From positions 1-64,000 of the forward strand of contig JBLDXI010000050.1 of NCBI GenBank assembly GCA_047495785.1: a stretch of DNA of 64,000 bases, given 5' to 3'. Positions 38,660 through 52,553 of this stretch are shown here, one piece after another. The stretch is from Lepidodermella squamata. Its lineage: Eukaryota; Animalia; Gastrotricha. Positions within the stretch are counted from its first letter, which is position 1. Every line of letters starts with the position of its first letter. The translations under genes and the position numbers were made by a program. The notes beneath the pieces were generated by a model. It was given only the letters and a program-made list of their open reading frames with translations, was not told the origin of the DNA and ran no database searches.

Positions 38660-41571
38660 TGATCGATTCATGACTGCTGTATCAAAAAACACCCAACTGG
38701 CGCGTGTATTCGTCCCATATTTCTTAGTGCAATTCTTAATTCGTGTGATCTTGTAGGAGTATTTCATTCATTCATTCTTTGGAGATGAGCAAATCGAGTG
38801 CGGAGAATCCATATATAGATGAATATCCGGATATGAATTACGAGTGCTAATAAATATTGAATGCGCATATCTGCTAACGCTATACTTTTATAAACTAATG
38901 CTCTATATTTGAATGAAGCCAAAATTATTGACCGATGAAAATTGATGAAATTAGTCAAATTAGAGGCAGAACGGGCAGAGGCGAGTAGAGATGTTTCCAA
39001 TCATACACGATTAATGCGTCGAGAATGTCCCCCGAGTGTTTTGGCTTTTCTTGAGTACTTTTTTAGGTTTTTCTCTTGAAGCGACATGTTTTTCTTCGCA
39101 TTTACTTCCTTGAAATAATAGTTCGGTTCTAGTGTTACCACACGGAACATTTGTCACAATAGCAAAAAGATCACGCGACCTGAAAATTCATCATTGTATT
39201 AAAATATTCCGACGATAGTGAACCATCATCTTGCTTTGCTTTCATTCATCTGTTTTTTTATTTTTTAACTGTAAACTGATTAAAGCCATTCTTAATTCCG
39301 CGCGGCAGTGAGTCAATTAAATCATCATGTCATTAGCGTTGTTCAATAACTCAGATGTTGGCTTTTTGTGTCAGTTTTCAGGTGGACGGTGGCAAGTAAA
39401 AAGCCATTTGCTGTAGCGCCTTCATTCACATGAAAAACGCCGTTTTTTACTTATCACCCGTTCCATTTATACAGCTACATGACAGCGCTAATGATGTATT
39501 TTGCTACAAGGCGAAAAATGGTGAGAGCTAATTTCACTTATAATAAGTAAAAAAAAACACAAATAGTATAGCCAAGTAATGTAAATGATTGTAAACTTTT
39601 TATCAAAATGACGTTTGATAACTTCAACTTTACCCATGGGAAAATTATACACCGCTTTTACGTGTCACCCGCCCCATCATAACTGACGTAAACAAGCATA
39701 TATATCAGAGTCATTTTACGGTGCTAATGATGTTTTTTTGCTGCAATGCAAAAATGGTTCGAGCAAATTTCATTAGTGCTAACTTTGTAAAATAATACAA
39801 AAACCATTGCCACGAATGCAATGTGAATGAAAGTAAACTTTTTATAACATTTTGTTTGGTAACTTCACCCATGAAAAATGAGTACAAAATTTAATTTCGT
39901 GTTAACACAGCTGATTTGTCCCAAACTCGATTGTTGTTGATAGAAAAGATATGTAAACCGGTGTTAATTTCCACCACTTTCAACTGCGAAGGATATATTA
40001 TGCAGAACTTGTATTATACCGTGGGGCCTGAAACTAGTGCTTAGGGCGAAGTTCATTCATCTATTTAACGAGGAACTTGGAAAAATTGAAGAGTTTCACG
40101 GATTGCGACACCGATTCCAATGGAAAAGCAACTCTTCAAATTGTTCAATTTTTCAAACTTGGGTCTACAAAATGATGGACCACGGAACTAAATGACCTTG
40201 CAGTTGATGACCAACGTCAGTCGTTTGCGATATTTTGCAACTATGTTCTAACTGGTAGGAAGTTGTGTTTTGGATTAAAGATGGTGATAATATTATCAGC
40301 TCAGTTTGATTTAATTTTTTATTTCAGCTCGATTTCCTGCCCAACTTAACGAGAAAGTGCAAATTTGCGTTGAATTATTTTCAAGTTCATGCTTTTAGTT
40401 TTGCAGTGGAATTAGTGCAACACCAGCGGACATTTTGAGCAGGGCGCTTCTCCCGCAACGGCGCCTACTTCCCTATTTAAGCACAACTATGCCTCGATCA
40501 TTCATCAACTTCGGTACTCAACATTGCATCTCCTGCATTGCATTCCAGTCCAGTGAGAAGGGACGAATTTTCAACGGCGAAGCATTAATGACCAATCTTC
40601 TTATTTTTATTTAAAAAATTCACAGGGTGTAATTCAGATTAAAAAATGTCACAATTTGGATCGACGCGAATAAGCATGTAATATTTCTAAGCACGATACA
40701 CATGTTCACTTGAAGGAACAGTTGAAACGAGGTCAGGGTGAAAATCAAGAGCAAGAAAGTCTGAGGAAAAACATTTTTAAGGAAAAGGACAGGGTCTTCA
40801 GAACTATAATACAGCAGTGCAATGCAGCGATAGAAGGAACAGAACGGGTTCAAGCAGTAGAACGCTTTTCATAAAGGTACATTCAGTGTGATGGGCGAAA
40901 TAGGGCTCACAAGAACGAGGGCAGCACAACAAGAAGCTCACAAGAACGAGGGACTAAAATGAGACAACAAACAGATTGTAATGAGCAGGTTCGAGCAGCA
41001 ACGCTCGCAGGCGGCTACTTCCGGAGCCGTTTGTCCTTTTCCACCGTCAAGAAGGCTGAGTGGATCAAACCGACAATCCGGCTGTCCAGCAATCCAGCTT
41101 GGCTCATTTCTAACCCTGTTAGAAGCTTCTGTTGTGTTCGGCCACGGTGGTCGCCCAGGCCTGTGCGGCTGACGGCGGCCGGACGGGAAGGCGGCGGTTG
41201 AGAACCAGGTGGCCGTCGCTGGAAAGCTGCGAGCTGTAGCCGTCAGCTGGACCCGGCTTTAGAACGAACTGTTGTGGCTGCTGTAACGCCTGAATGTGGG
41301 TGTGCGCAGGCCGATGGAAACCGGTTGGTTCTAGGGCTGAAACGACCCGGAGAACGGCTAGCAGAAGACGGCCGTTGTTGTTGCGGCTGGCGCTGCGAAT
41401 GCTGTTTCGCGCCGAGTCGGCTTCGGCTCCGAATCGTCTGCGCTTTTGAGTTGAAAAATCGCTCGACGGCCGCGGCCCTGTTGACCAGTACAGGTAATCA
41501 CTGCGGGCAACCCAAATCCAACAGTGGCGGTCTTAGTAGGGTCGGACGCTGATACATGTCGAGTTAGCGAT

Positions 41572-41726
41572 CAGTACGCGAAGTAGGAACCTCGAACTAG
41601 AGGGGTGTTTTCGGGCCCAAATTTTATGTCTAAAGGGTTCCCCAGTGGTCTTTTTCAGGTTTTTTCTCCTTTGGCCTGCCGAACTAGGGATAAAATACCA
41701 CTCATTCCCCCGTGCTTCGCGCCCTG
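41572..41726. mobile_element. Short hAT-like MITE, copy 1
   Basis: Ends cagtacgcgaagta / tgcttcgcgccctg; absent from the paralogous site near 32210-32225; related inverted copy at 42726-42870. Confidence 0.7.
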
Positions 41727-42725
41727 TTAGTTCCTATTTTTAACGAACTGGATCGTTTTCGGCGAGGCGAATATTGCCGAGCCAACTGGTCGATCGAGAT
41801 CATCCGAGATCATCCCAAGAGCTAGCGATCCAGCGGCTCCTCTTTTTTCTTTGGAGAGAATATTCAGGAGTCGAAGGTGGTAGCCCAGCAGTTACGCTTC
41901 GGGCCGTCGGGAATGGCTTCGATAGCCGACAGCGTTTAGGCTAGGGACCGAGCAAGGGTAGCAAAATCGACGGTTCCGCAGAGGGTTTCGGTTTCGCCAG
42001 GAGGCAGTATCGAAACAGCTTTGCCCTGCGCAAAATGTCTAAAGGTAAAACCCTGTGTACAAATTATTCGGTATTATTAAGGCATAAAGGAAGAATCGGG
42101 TTGGCATACCGGGTTCCCGTGTGCGAATGAAGCCAGTGTAAGATTTTTGAGCAATTTCGGAATATTGCGAACTTCATGAGCCCCGTAGATCGATAGTTCA
42201 TGTCCATCGCTCACGGAAGCCCATTCGAGAATTGAGCTGGCGCCTTGAAAGCCTTCCATCAGCGTTTCAACACACTTGGCTTTCGTGAGTTCAAGTGCGA
42301 CCAAGCTTCGATTGAAGAAAAAGGACTCACTTTGTGAGTGGAGAGCATTGCGAATGGGAAGAAGATCCGGGCCTATAGAAATTAAGAGATGATATAGGGT
42401 ATAAATTTCGGGGAAGCTTTCATTACTCACCTGGTTGATTTCAAGCTTTTGCGAGCTCTTCGCTTTAGCCGTCAACTCATAAACATGCAGGCTGGGAGGT
42501 CGTGCACAAGAGAATTGACTGATAAAAATTTCGAGAAGGCCCAGCGTACGCAAAACACATGTTTGATTAACACAGGGCATTGATATAATCTTGTCAAATC
42601 CTGCACCCCATTTTAACCATCCATACATCGCAGCAGCGCCATCAGTAGCCAAAGCGAGCCAGGGATTTTTGAGATACGATTCTTCGAACTTCGAACACAG
42701 CGTTCACAGAGTTGTGTCCCTAAAT

Positions 42726-42870
42726 CAATGCGCGAAGTACGGGGGAAATGAGGGGTATCGCACCCGCAGTTCACAAGGCCAAAGATGAAAATCCGCCAAA
42801 AAACCACAGGGTCATAAAATTTGGGCCCGGAAATACCCCTCTAGTTCGAGGGTCCTTACTTCGCGCTCTG
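42726..42870. mobile_element. Short hAT-like MITE, copy 2 (inverted)
   Basis: Ends caatgcgcgaagta / tacttcgcgctctg; flanks ccctaaat / ccttcaat (degenerate 8-bp TSD); about 57-bp terminal block matches copy 1. Confidence 0.7.
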
Positions 42871-43292
42871 CCTTCAATTCAGGCACTGCAAGTATGAAAT
42901 TACGCACTTCTCAAACCGTTAATACGAATCATCATCGCGATTTTCTTAGCAACCGAGGGTGAGCCATCAGAATCGAGCTTCTTCTCCACGATGTACTGGA
43001 CCAGTTCCTTCATCAGAAATCTGGTAGGCAATTTCGCGAGCGCGCTCTTCGAGGAAATGAAATCATCCAAGATCCAGACCATTTCGTTACCGTAGTATCA
43101 CGAGCTTAGGGTGATTCTTGAATTGGATGTTGAAAACATGAACACTTCCTGGTTTCGAGCAGCAATGCGAGCTTGTTGCTTGGTCTGCGTTGATCGTAGA
43201 AGGTCACTTATAGCAAGCCTGTGGGATCATATACATAAATAATCATATGCCCTACGCCAAGTTTATGTCAGGAGTTAGGGTATTTATATGTA

Positions 43293-43676
43293 CCGTACTG
43301 CCCGGAACAAAAACCATGACATTTGTTTTTTCAAACGCTGATGAACCCCTGATATTTAAAAGGGACTGACATTTATTTCGGGCCTGACATTTATTTATTC
43401 GAACCAACTAGTAACTTGCCTGGGTACCAAAATGGCATATATTTTCCTGAGATTCTACGTATTTTGACCCAAAAAATTGGTCCCTGACCTTTCTATAAGC
43501 CAGGAGTGGAAATTATCTCCATTCAGCATTCAGAATGGCTATAATTACCTCATTAGCGATCTCCAGTATAGTCCCTGCAATTGACCTGACATTTATTTCG
43601 GGCCTGACATTTATTATTTCAAACGACCTCTAACCTCTGACATTTATTTGAGGCTGGCTTTTTTCGGGCAGTACGG
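43293..43676. mobile_element. Tc1/pogo-type MITE (CCGTACTGCCC termini, TA TSD)
   Basis: ta|ccgtactgcccg ... cgggcagtacgg|ta; internal ctgacatttattt repeats; inverted copy at 55501-55886. Confidence 0.88.
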
Positions 43677-44779
43677 TAATTATACGTTCAACTAGAGCGC
43701 GCCAAGTGGCCAAGTAGGGTGAATTAAAAGAGATTTAAGAAAATCCGATTTTATTGAGCCGGACACACATTTAATTCGCGTATTGAGAACATGGAAGTCA
43801 TGGACACATGCAGGAGGTACCTGAAATCTTGAGCAAGAAGAAAAAGTCTACGAGGAACAAGGCATAAAGGGCCTGCGAGTCCGAGGGGCAAGTTCAATGC
43901 AAGGCCGAGCCTGCACCATGCAATACTCATCGCTGGCAAAGACAATAGTCACAAAACACCATTCGATGGAGAACTAAAAGCCAGTAGAGCCTTTTTACCA
44001 ATAGGACCCAAATTACCAGAACTTGAACACTCAAAACTTCAACAACCAACATTTCAATCGAACTTTCAATCACCGAAACTCCAGCAACTTCAACAAGCGC
44101 AACTTCAACAGCCAATACGACAACAACGGGCAAAACTTCAATTATAAAGGCAACAGCCGCAACTATGGATACGGTGGGCAAGGCGGCAGGGCCAACTAAT
44201 TCTAAGACCGAAATCACCCACGCCCGAATCGTTTCGCCATATACCTAGAAATGAGAAAAATCATGCCCCTGCACGGTTAAGGATTAAGGATCAAACTGAA
44301 TTTTCAAATTGGTCAAGCTACTTGAAAATCCGACTGATTATGATAATATCGACAATTCTGACTGGACACACACAAAAAACTGAAGGGAGAGAATAGAGAG
44401 AAAAGCGAGCCCCAACCTCTTGAAAATGAAGACGGTTCCCTTACCGGCGGAATCGATGAAATATTGGCAGTGTTCCGCAAACTTTTTCTCAACTGGCATT
44501 TTTGGCGGCCGGAAAGCCTTTGCTTCGGCCTGCAAGAATCAGACCCTTCTCCGGCCGCAAATTGGCAATCCTCTTTCATCGGCCGCAAATTGTGTTTTTA
44601 GCTCCAAGCAACTTTTTTCCATGACAAATTTTCTTTCGCGAGAGTTCTAATTCACTTGGAGCACTGTATATTGGACGTTTTAAAAACTTATTTTATGGAT
44701 ATGTTACAAGGACTTGAAAACGAACCCAATAACCCTGGACAGAGAAATTTGTTTAGATAAAAATCCGAATTTAACTCTC

Positions 44780-45095
44780 ACCGAAATTAAAACGGTAAAG
44801 CCCCAAGTATAGAGGAAATTAGAAATTAGACCCGAAATGATTAAGGCATTAAGCGAGGCCAATATCGAAGGCTCAGGGAAATTTTGAATTGAGTCTGGAG
44901 AGATAAGAGGGTCCCTGAAAAATGTTAAATGGCTATAATTACCCCAATTTATAAAAATAAAGGTGAGAAGTAAAAATGCCAAAATTACAGGGGCATAAGC
45001 CTCTTTAGTGTTGTAGGAAAACTATATGCCATCAGACTTGAACGAACATTATTTAATTGGGTAAAAAATTCTAAATTGCAGTTGGGTTTTCAGCC
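44780..45095 (+). mobile_element. Non-LTR retrotransposon reverse transcriptase fragment
   Basis: Translates NGKAP...AIITPIYKNKGEK*KCQNYRGISLFSVVGKLYA...LQLGF, the LINE RT N-terminal motifs, with stops. Confidence 0.8.
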
Positions 45096-45285
45096 CCTTC
45101 AGCCCCTTTTGGCTCTGATCAGTGCCAAAAGCCATAAAATACATTCATTGCCATCATTGCCATAGAAGTGGAATACGACGACAAAGAATAAGCGAAAAAA
45201 GAGCAATCATTCACGTGAACGAGTGCGAGCTAAAAATAGGTTGGCAAATTTATTTGGTGCCGTGGCAATTTCTAACGGGAAAGGT

Positions 45286-45286
<1 letters not shown>

Positions 45287-45322
<36 letters not shown>
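45287..45322. repeat. (TAT)12 microsatellite
   Basis: Read directly from the sequence. Confidence 0.95.
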
Positions 45323-48300
45323 GAATTATACATCGTAGGTCTTACAAAGAAAATTCGCCTGATAAAGAAAACCATCGATTTTCAAGATAAATAATTGTAT
45401 ACCTTTTTCCTGCAGCGCCTAGACTTCGGCTGAATTACGGTGGGCAATGCTTGTTGATCTTTTTGTACAAGTAACGAATGTTAGGGACGATTGAGTGATC
45501 GAGGCAGGATCCCTTGCCATCCAAATGTGAAACCGGTGAAATTGTTGCCATCAGGAGCAGAATATGGCGCCGTTCTTGCCATAGATATGATGATTCAGCA
45601 CGCCGTTTTGAAATTAGATCTCCATTCTGCATCGCTCTCAAAGATCCCAGGACGCGTTGTATCATCGCTAGGGTGAGTGAACAAACCCTTATCGGCTGGT
45701 AAAGGACAGGGCTCTCTGAAATCTGAGGAAGAAGTAAAAGTAATGTCTAATAAAAAGTGAAAAGTGAATATTTAGATAATAATACTTACCTAACAGTGCG
45801 TTATCCGACTTGTATATTGACGCCATGGATTATCAACGTTGGGAGAAGTTTCAGACAAAGCTGACTTTATCGACGATTAAAACATTTATCGACCGATTCC
45901 TTGTTGAAGAAAGCCCTCGTTGGAGCCGTATTCTCATCCTTCGCTGGATGTTTAACAACTCTTTTTGTTAGACGTAGAAAAAATGACAAATTTAGAGAGC
46001 AATTTACGTCCTTGGAGTTGATCTAGATTAAAGAGACCCTTAGGAATCGAAATCTGCAAACCATTTTACGGGTTCGAAGCAAGTCACAATTTCACGCGGG
46101 GCAGAAGTCAGGAGAAAGAAGCAGTGGAATGCAGGTTTTTTTATTGAACTACTATTACGTTGGAACGAGAATTCGGAAAATCAGAATGGATCCTTAGGTT
46201 TATCGTGAAGGCTAAAGAAGCTAAAATCGAAACGAGCGGCGGGCGAGATATAAATTGAACCTCTGTCTGGTAGGGCAAAGTGAACGAGGGTTGACGTTAA
46301 CATATTTATGTAAAAAAATAGGGGTGTGACTTTTCCCATCCGATCAACGTATGCGATCTATTAAGTCCATTAAAGCCCAGAATGTTTTTGGAAAATATTT
46401 TCCTTTTTCTTTCCCTATTGACACGTGCTTTTCCGATAGAGAAAAATTTGGGGATTAAGAATCTGAAAACCGCATATTTTTATCATCTATATTCCTGTGT
46501 CGAGTTGTCACGTGAACTTAACCTTTGTCGCACCTGGACGATTATCTCAAGGACGGTAATAGCTAGAAGCCGCTCTCAAAGGAAAGGTTCATCAGCGTGA
46601 TGAGATCTATCTAGAAATGCATTCAGTTGGGTCATAGGTGATACTTCGTGCAAAATCGATTTTGATGACACTTTAGTGCCATGAGACGTAGCTACGTCTC
46701 ATGTTTAGTGCAGTTTGGTGACAGTCCTAAAAAACGGCTCCTAGCTTATCACCAAGCCTATGAGACACTGGTTATTTATCCGTTTTCCCCGAATATATAC
46801 GATTTCCCAGCGCGTAGATATGCCTTCTAGACACCCTGGGGTTGTAGTCACCCTACAGGATTTTTTAAATATAGGGTGGCACGAAAAGATGTCGTTGGGC
46901 GCTAATGCGATAATCAATGTAATAATCCATCCGATCCAAGTCGATAATTTCATCCGGCAACCAAAAATACGACTAAAATTCTCAGACATGAAAAATTGAT
47001 TTTTTCTCGATTTTTCCGTAGGGGCATGCTCATTTGAGCATCCTATTTTTGCCCCTGAACCGGCAGAATTTATGGTAAAAGATTCATGGCGATCCGGTTA
47101 GTCACTTCATTGAATTTTTTAAAAATATGAAAAAGCAGCTTGCCGGGTTTTATGTAGTCTCATTTTCGGTTGTCCGATGAGATAAGACATTCGTAGGTTA
47201 GAAAAAGCTTTCCCCTAAAATAATTACCAATTCCGCAAGACACGGATCGACGCAGGGAAATAAAACCATAGCAATAACAATAACAATAACTGTTATATAT
47301 TAACAAACGATAGAAGAAAACTGCAAATAAGTGGGAGCCCGTTTCTTGTTACTGCATCATGGTAAAATTCTTACAAAGGTAGCAATGGCAATTCACCTGT
47401 TTTGAAATAAACCTAACTTTCTGAATTCAATGAAATCTACAAATGTGAACAATGTGTGATTATGTAACACAAAACAGAGCTGGGAAACCAATTGAGAAAT
47501 GTTTTCTCTTTAAAGGTAGAGATTTCGTTAGCATCATTGATCAACCCCGATTTAGGCTTGTTTACATCCATTTCAGGGTGATAAGTGACAGTTAAAAAGT
47601 CGTTTGTCTTTGCATTCTCATTCGCGTTGAAAAGCCGCTTTTTACTAGTCATCCGTGACCTTGAAACGGATGTAAACAAGCCTGAATCCGAGTTATTCAA
47701 AGACACTGACGATTCCTCGGGAAATTCAAGAAGTTTTAATGGTTTTCTACTCGGAAAAATCAAGGTGATTCAGGATCCGGCGTCGTAAGAAATAAAATAA
47801 TATGATGTGCATAAAAGACACTGGCAGCAGATGCCGAGTAGCCAGCTCTCCGTTACGGTGCAACTAACAACTAACCTGCTAACATAAGTATACATCGAAC
47901 CGTTGTTATTTAGAAACAAAAATGCATTTCTCTTACCAAAAACGACGAAGCTTCCTCTCACAGTTGAAAAAACGTCGTTGACTCCATATGAATCCGAATA
48001 AAATGTTTACAATGCAGGCGTACGGTGTATAATACCTAACTCATTGTGACGACTAAAGCGCCATAACGCGTCGCACGCAGCAACCAATAGCTCTCAAGCG
48101 CTCAATCATTCTGAAATCTTGCTACGGATTCAGTTGTAATCCGGCGAATTGAGTACAGGTAGATTCCCTGACGGTTGTTTTTTATTTGAGATGAAATGAA
48201 GCGTGTGCAGTCATGCGTGTTGATCATGACCAATAAACAGCTCGATATTGAAATGACTTGCATAAAGCAAGTTTCTCGTGGGGCTTATTTTGCCCAAATG

Positions 48301-48847
48301 AAAACTAGACTGTGCTCTTGCGTCTGTCAGATCTAATTGGTGTTTTTTACACGTGGCAAAACGTAGTTTTTTTGCTTTCCAGGGTTCAAAGTCCCCGACT
48401 GAAAAATTTCGTATTCTCTCGAAAAGTTACACGTGTAATTATTGCATTACTTAATCTATAACATCAGCACTGATTGATATATATTGCCAAAATATCGACA
48501 TACAGAGACGGTTTCGGCAGCTATTATGCTTGGCTCCATCGTACTTACATTCGAAAACCTGCCAAATTTTTAGATAGCATTCGTGGGTTCAAACAAAGTA
48601 TGTCTGCCATGATGCGCAGCAGTTTTTATTCTTGAATGAATTGTGCCATGGGCATCAGTCTTCGCTTTTATAAACCCTCAAGATGGCTAATCTTACGTTG
48701 GCGATCATCGCTGCCACCTTAGCCGCGGTCACAGCTTGCCCTGCGACGTCGACGACGACGACCTCGACGCCAACAACTCCGCGCTCACCAAGCCCTTCGT
48801 GTCCGACATGCCCGGTTACATCTGCTTAAGCTTCTGGTAACTGTGCG

Positions 48848-51800
48848 CAGGGGTTTATCCAGCCTTCTGGCTCAGGGGATGGGTAGCTACATTTCAGGGG
48901 TATTTTGCTACTCAAAAATTTGCCCGCTCGCTCGCTGCGCTCGCTCGCGTCTTCTATTTCACACCTCAATCCGCCTTAATTTCAAACAAACTCAATTTTT
49001 CGTTTATTTTCTTTCATGTTCGCTTCAGCGATCGAATTTTTTTCATAAATTAGTCAGTAATCAACAACAGAATCGAAACAGAAATTACAATCGGCGGTTA
49101 GACCTCATAAAAAATTTAAAAACGCGTGAGATGAAATCATCGTAAGTTTTTTGAACGATTTCAGGGCAATTCCGGACCGGCGGAATTGACGGGCCGTGAA
49201 AGACGCAGTACAGGGCGTTGTTGATGTGTTGCTGATTCAGGCGAGAGCGTAGGTCGGTCAAAACTCGGTTCAGGGCGGAAAATTTGCGTTCAACTGAAGC
49301 TGTGGTCCACGGGAGGAGAAGCAAACGGATAGAAAGCCGGCGCAGATGTGGGGTCAAATGCTTGAAAATTGGATTGCTAGCCAGCTTTTTCAAATCCACA
49401 GGCTCAGGAATGGTTTTGAAACTGGCCCATTCTCGTTCCATCTTCGAAGCTTCGGACAAAGGCAAGCCAGCGGCCTCGCAACCCTATAAAAATAATAAAT
49501 TTCAAATTTCTTCCAATATTCAAAAACTCAATTAACTTACCAATTTGAAGTCAGGATCTTGCTTCTTCATAAACTTCCCAAGGAAGTGTTTCAAGGGCGT
49601 GAGCGGCTTGATCATCCTTTCGGTTAGGTTCTCGATGATAGAATCGCGATAGGACTCGACTTCGACTGCCAGAGAATCGATATTCTCACGCTCGATAACC
49701 TTGAAGCCGTTTTGCTCTAACAAATCCGCGTAATAGTTCGCCTTTTCGACCATCGCCTCGATTGTGACTTGTTTAATCTCAGCAATGGCGAGTTCAGCTC
49801 CCAGCAAGACATCTCCGGGATCGAGCACCTTTTTCTGGAGATAAACAGCTACGCCGGCGAGAGGGCCCACGATCGAATTTAGGGTCGATAGTGCGACAAG
49901 GCTGGAGAAACGACGAAATAAAGTTCCAAGGCCCCTTGCCTCTGCGGATTTAGGGTCATCACTTTCAGCAATCTGTCAAATTTAAATTCATTATTATAGC
50001 CTAAAAATCAAATTCAGCTACTCACCTTTTCCAGCGTTTTCATGATTGGAACAAATTTGTCGAGGACGCGTTCGATCGCAGCGTCGTATGATAGCCAACG
50101 AGTAGCTCCAGGGACAACCAGCTGATGAATATCGGCGCCCATCGAAATTTGCTGCTCTTCAAACAGCGTGGTTCTCTTGTTGCTGTTCGTGATGAGAACC
50201 ACGAGGGTATTGAGGTTGGAAACCGTTTTGCCAAAAAGGGCGAACAGTTTGGCTGATTTTACTACGACTAGTTGAAGCTGGTGGTTGTAGCAATGAATAT
50301 AGACGAGGTGGCTCTCAGGACCCTGCTCGTCTCGAATCAGCTTCTGCACCCCATTATTGCAGCCCGAATAAGCAGCGGCGCCATCGAACCCGCACGAAGC
50401 CATTTCTTCGATCGATAAATTTGCGTTGTTCAATTGAACTTTAATGTCGTCCAGAAGCGAAACTGCGGATGTGTCGTGAACCCGGCTGAGGCCAATAAAG
50501 CCTTCGCAGACCTCCCCATCGGGGTCAAGATATCGCACAACATGCGAAACTTGTTCGTGAGAGCACACGTCCGTCGTTTCATCGCCCATATACGAATAGG
50601 CCTCGTACTCGGCTACTGAATCGGATATCTAAAAAAATTTAAAAAATTTAAAAAAATTTAAAAAAATTAATCCGAATTTATAAAATTTTTTAAAAAATAT
50701 CTGTTTGATTTGGCTACGAGATTGCCTATTGAAAAAGTTTAACTAATTTCCCCTAAATTTCCGAGAATCGCGAATTTCAAGTATTAAAATTTACCTCTCG
50801 AATAACTTCTTCGCGAATACTTTCACCGCAACACTCGAGCAAATTCGTAATCGAAGTCGTAGACAGGTAAGTAGCGTTGTCAGGCCGTGATTGAAGCCAT
50901 TGCCACAGCTCAGGGTTGGTTTGACAATGAGTAGCAACCAGAGGCTCCCAGTTGGTTGTATGTGGAATTTCGGACTTGAAAATTCCGAACGCGACTTTGA
51001 TCAATTTTGGGAAAAAAGTGCCGTTAGAATCTGCGGCGCGTTTTTCCTGCTGTGCCAATGAGATGTCAATTTCCACCTGCTTAGTAGGAGCGTGCTAAAA
51101 GGATAAAAATTGAAAAATTAAAAATTGATATTTTTCAATTTAATTTAATTTAAAATGACTGATTTTTGACAAAAAATTTTATAAAAATCTCGTAAATATC
51201 TAAGAATTTAACAAAGCCCAGTTTGACGCTTTAAAAATCAATCTTCAAAAGTAAAATTTGATAAACAAGAATTGACAATTTTCGAAGATTCATTGAGCAC
51301 GGATTTTTCAAATTTTATAATGGATAATAGCTAAAAATGGGATAAAATGTGGGCAGAAAAAAATTAAAAATAAAAAAATCACCTCAACTGCTATCTTGTG
51401 GTTGTTGCTTCGTTCGTGCTTTCTCGCCTTAGCTGCGAGTAAATTGTAATTCGTAAACGGCTGAGTGACCCACGCGCCGCCGCCAGACTGTGATCGAATC
51501 GTAATTTTCTTGGCTTGGTAAGCTTCTTTGCAGACTTTGCAAAATTTGCCCTCTGCTGTTGACACCATCCAGTCGAAAGAAGCCGCCTTAGTCGGGGCAA
51601 GTTTTCGTTTCTTGGCTCGCGGCTCCTCTGCAATTTCGACTACGTCGTCGTCACTAGTCTCTTCGCCGCTTATTTCGCTGTTCACGTCGCTATCATCAGG
51701 GAGCGGCGTTGAAATCGCGACTGAGTGGAGATCAAATGCGCTCGAATTTGTCGAAGAAATGCTGGCCTGTTGTCCTAATTGACGAGATTCGGGTCGAGAG

Positions 51801-52553
51801 GAAGCGCGTCGCGACTGCTGAGAAGACGATCGCACTGGCTGTGACTGCCCCTGAGAAGACGGCCGCTGTAGCTCGTGAGACGTTGTTGGTCTGCTTGTCG
51901 CGCCGCGACTGACAAACGCATCCATCGACATGTTTTTCACCGGCGGTGGTTTCGATTTAACCATTTCAGCGGTTTTAAAGCGAGAGAGTCAAATTGAAAT
52001 AATACGCGATTTGTGTGAAATGAGCGTTTACCTGGACTGCGGCGTTCAAAAGCGTAACAAAACCCTTGACATAAAGCGCGACGCGCCCGCGCGCACGTAA
52101 CCCACTTGATTATAATGTAACGTGCAGCGAACAGCGAACGACGAGCGAAAACACTTCATTAACAGCCGTCTCCAAAACTGTGCATATGCAAACTAGGTTT
52201 CAGGGCTGTAACTGGCGCTTTCAACAACGACCCGACAAAATAGTTTACGTCTTTTATTCACTTTATATACCAATCGTTCACGTACCGCTCACATCGAATT
52301 GCAATCGAATGGCCCCACAAAACCAGCACATGATGTGATAGGGGTGGGCTATTATGTAGGGTGAGGGGGGGGGGGGTGGTATATCAAACTCCACGGATTT
52401 AGATAGAACAGCGAGAGGCCATCATTTTCCGCTTTTGCCCGCGCTCATAGCGCTTAAATTGAATGAATTACCCCTGAATTAATTTGAGGGGTCGGTCACC
52501 CGATTTGAGGGGATGGCCAGGGGATGGCCAGGGGATGGCTGGATAAATCTCTG
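48848..52553 (-). mobile_element. Autonomous-looking hAT DNA transposon, 3706 bp
   Basis: TIRs caggggtttatccagcc / ggctggataaatctctg (15/17), perfect 8-bp TSD actgtgcg (48840-48847, 52554-52561), subterminal ggggatggcca repeats. Confidence 0.95.
49085..51964 (-). CDS. hAT transposase (ZMYM1-like; 5 exons)
   Basis: Zn-finger FCKVC...KHERSNNH; DETTD, GFDGAAAYSG, HCYNHQLQL (CxxH), TRW, TTASVERKFSAL and C-terminal dimerisation region. ORFs 51964, 51076, 50589, 49870 and 49465 are separated by GT-AG introns. Confidence 0.92.

Noticed and set aside
46320-47250. About 0.9-kb insertion relative to the duplicated segment, possibly a transposon
   Set aside because: The insertion is evident but TIRs and TSD could not be defined, so it is not classified.
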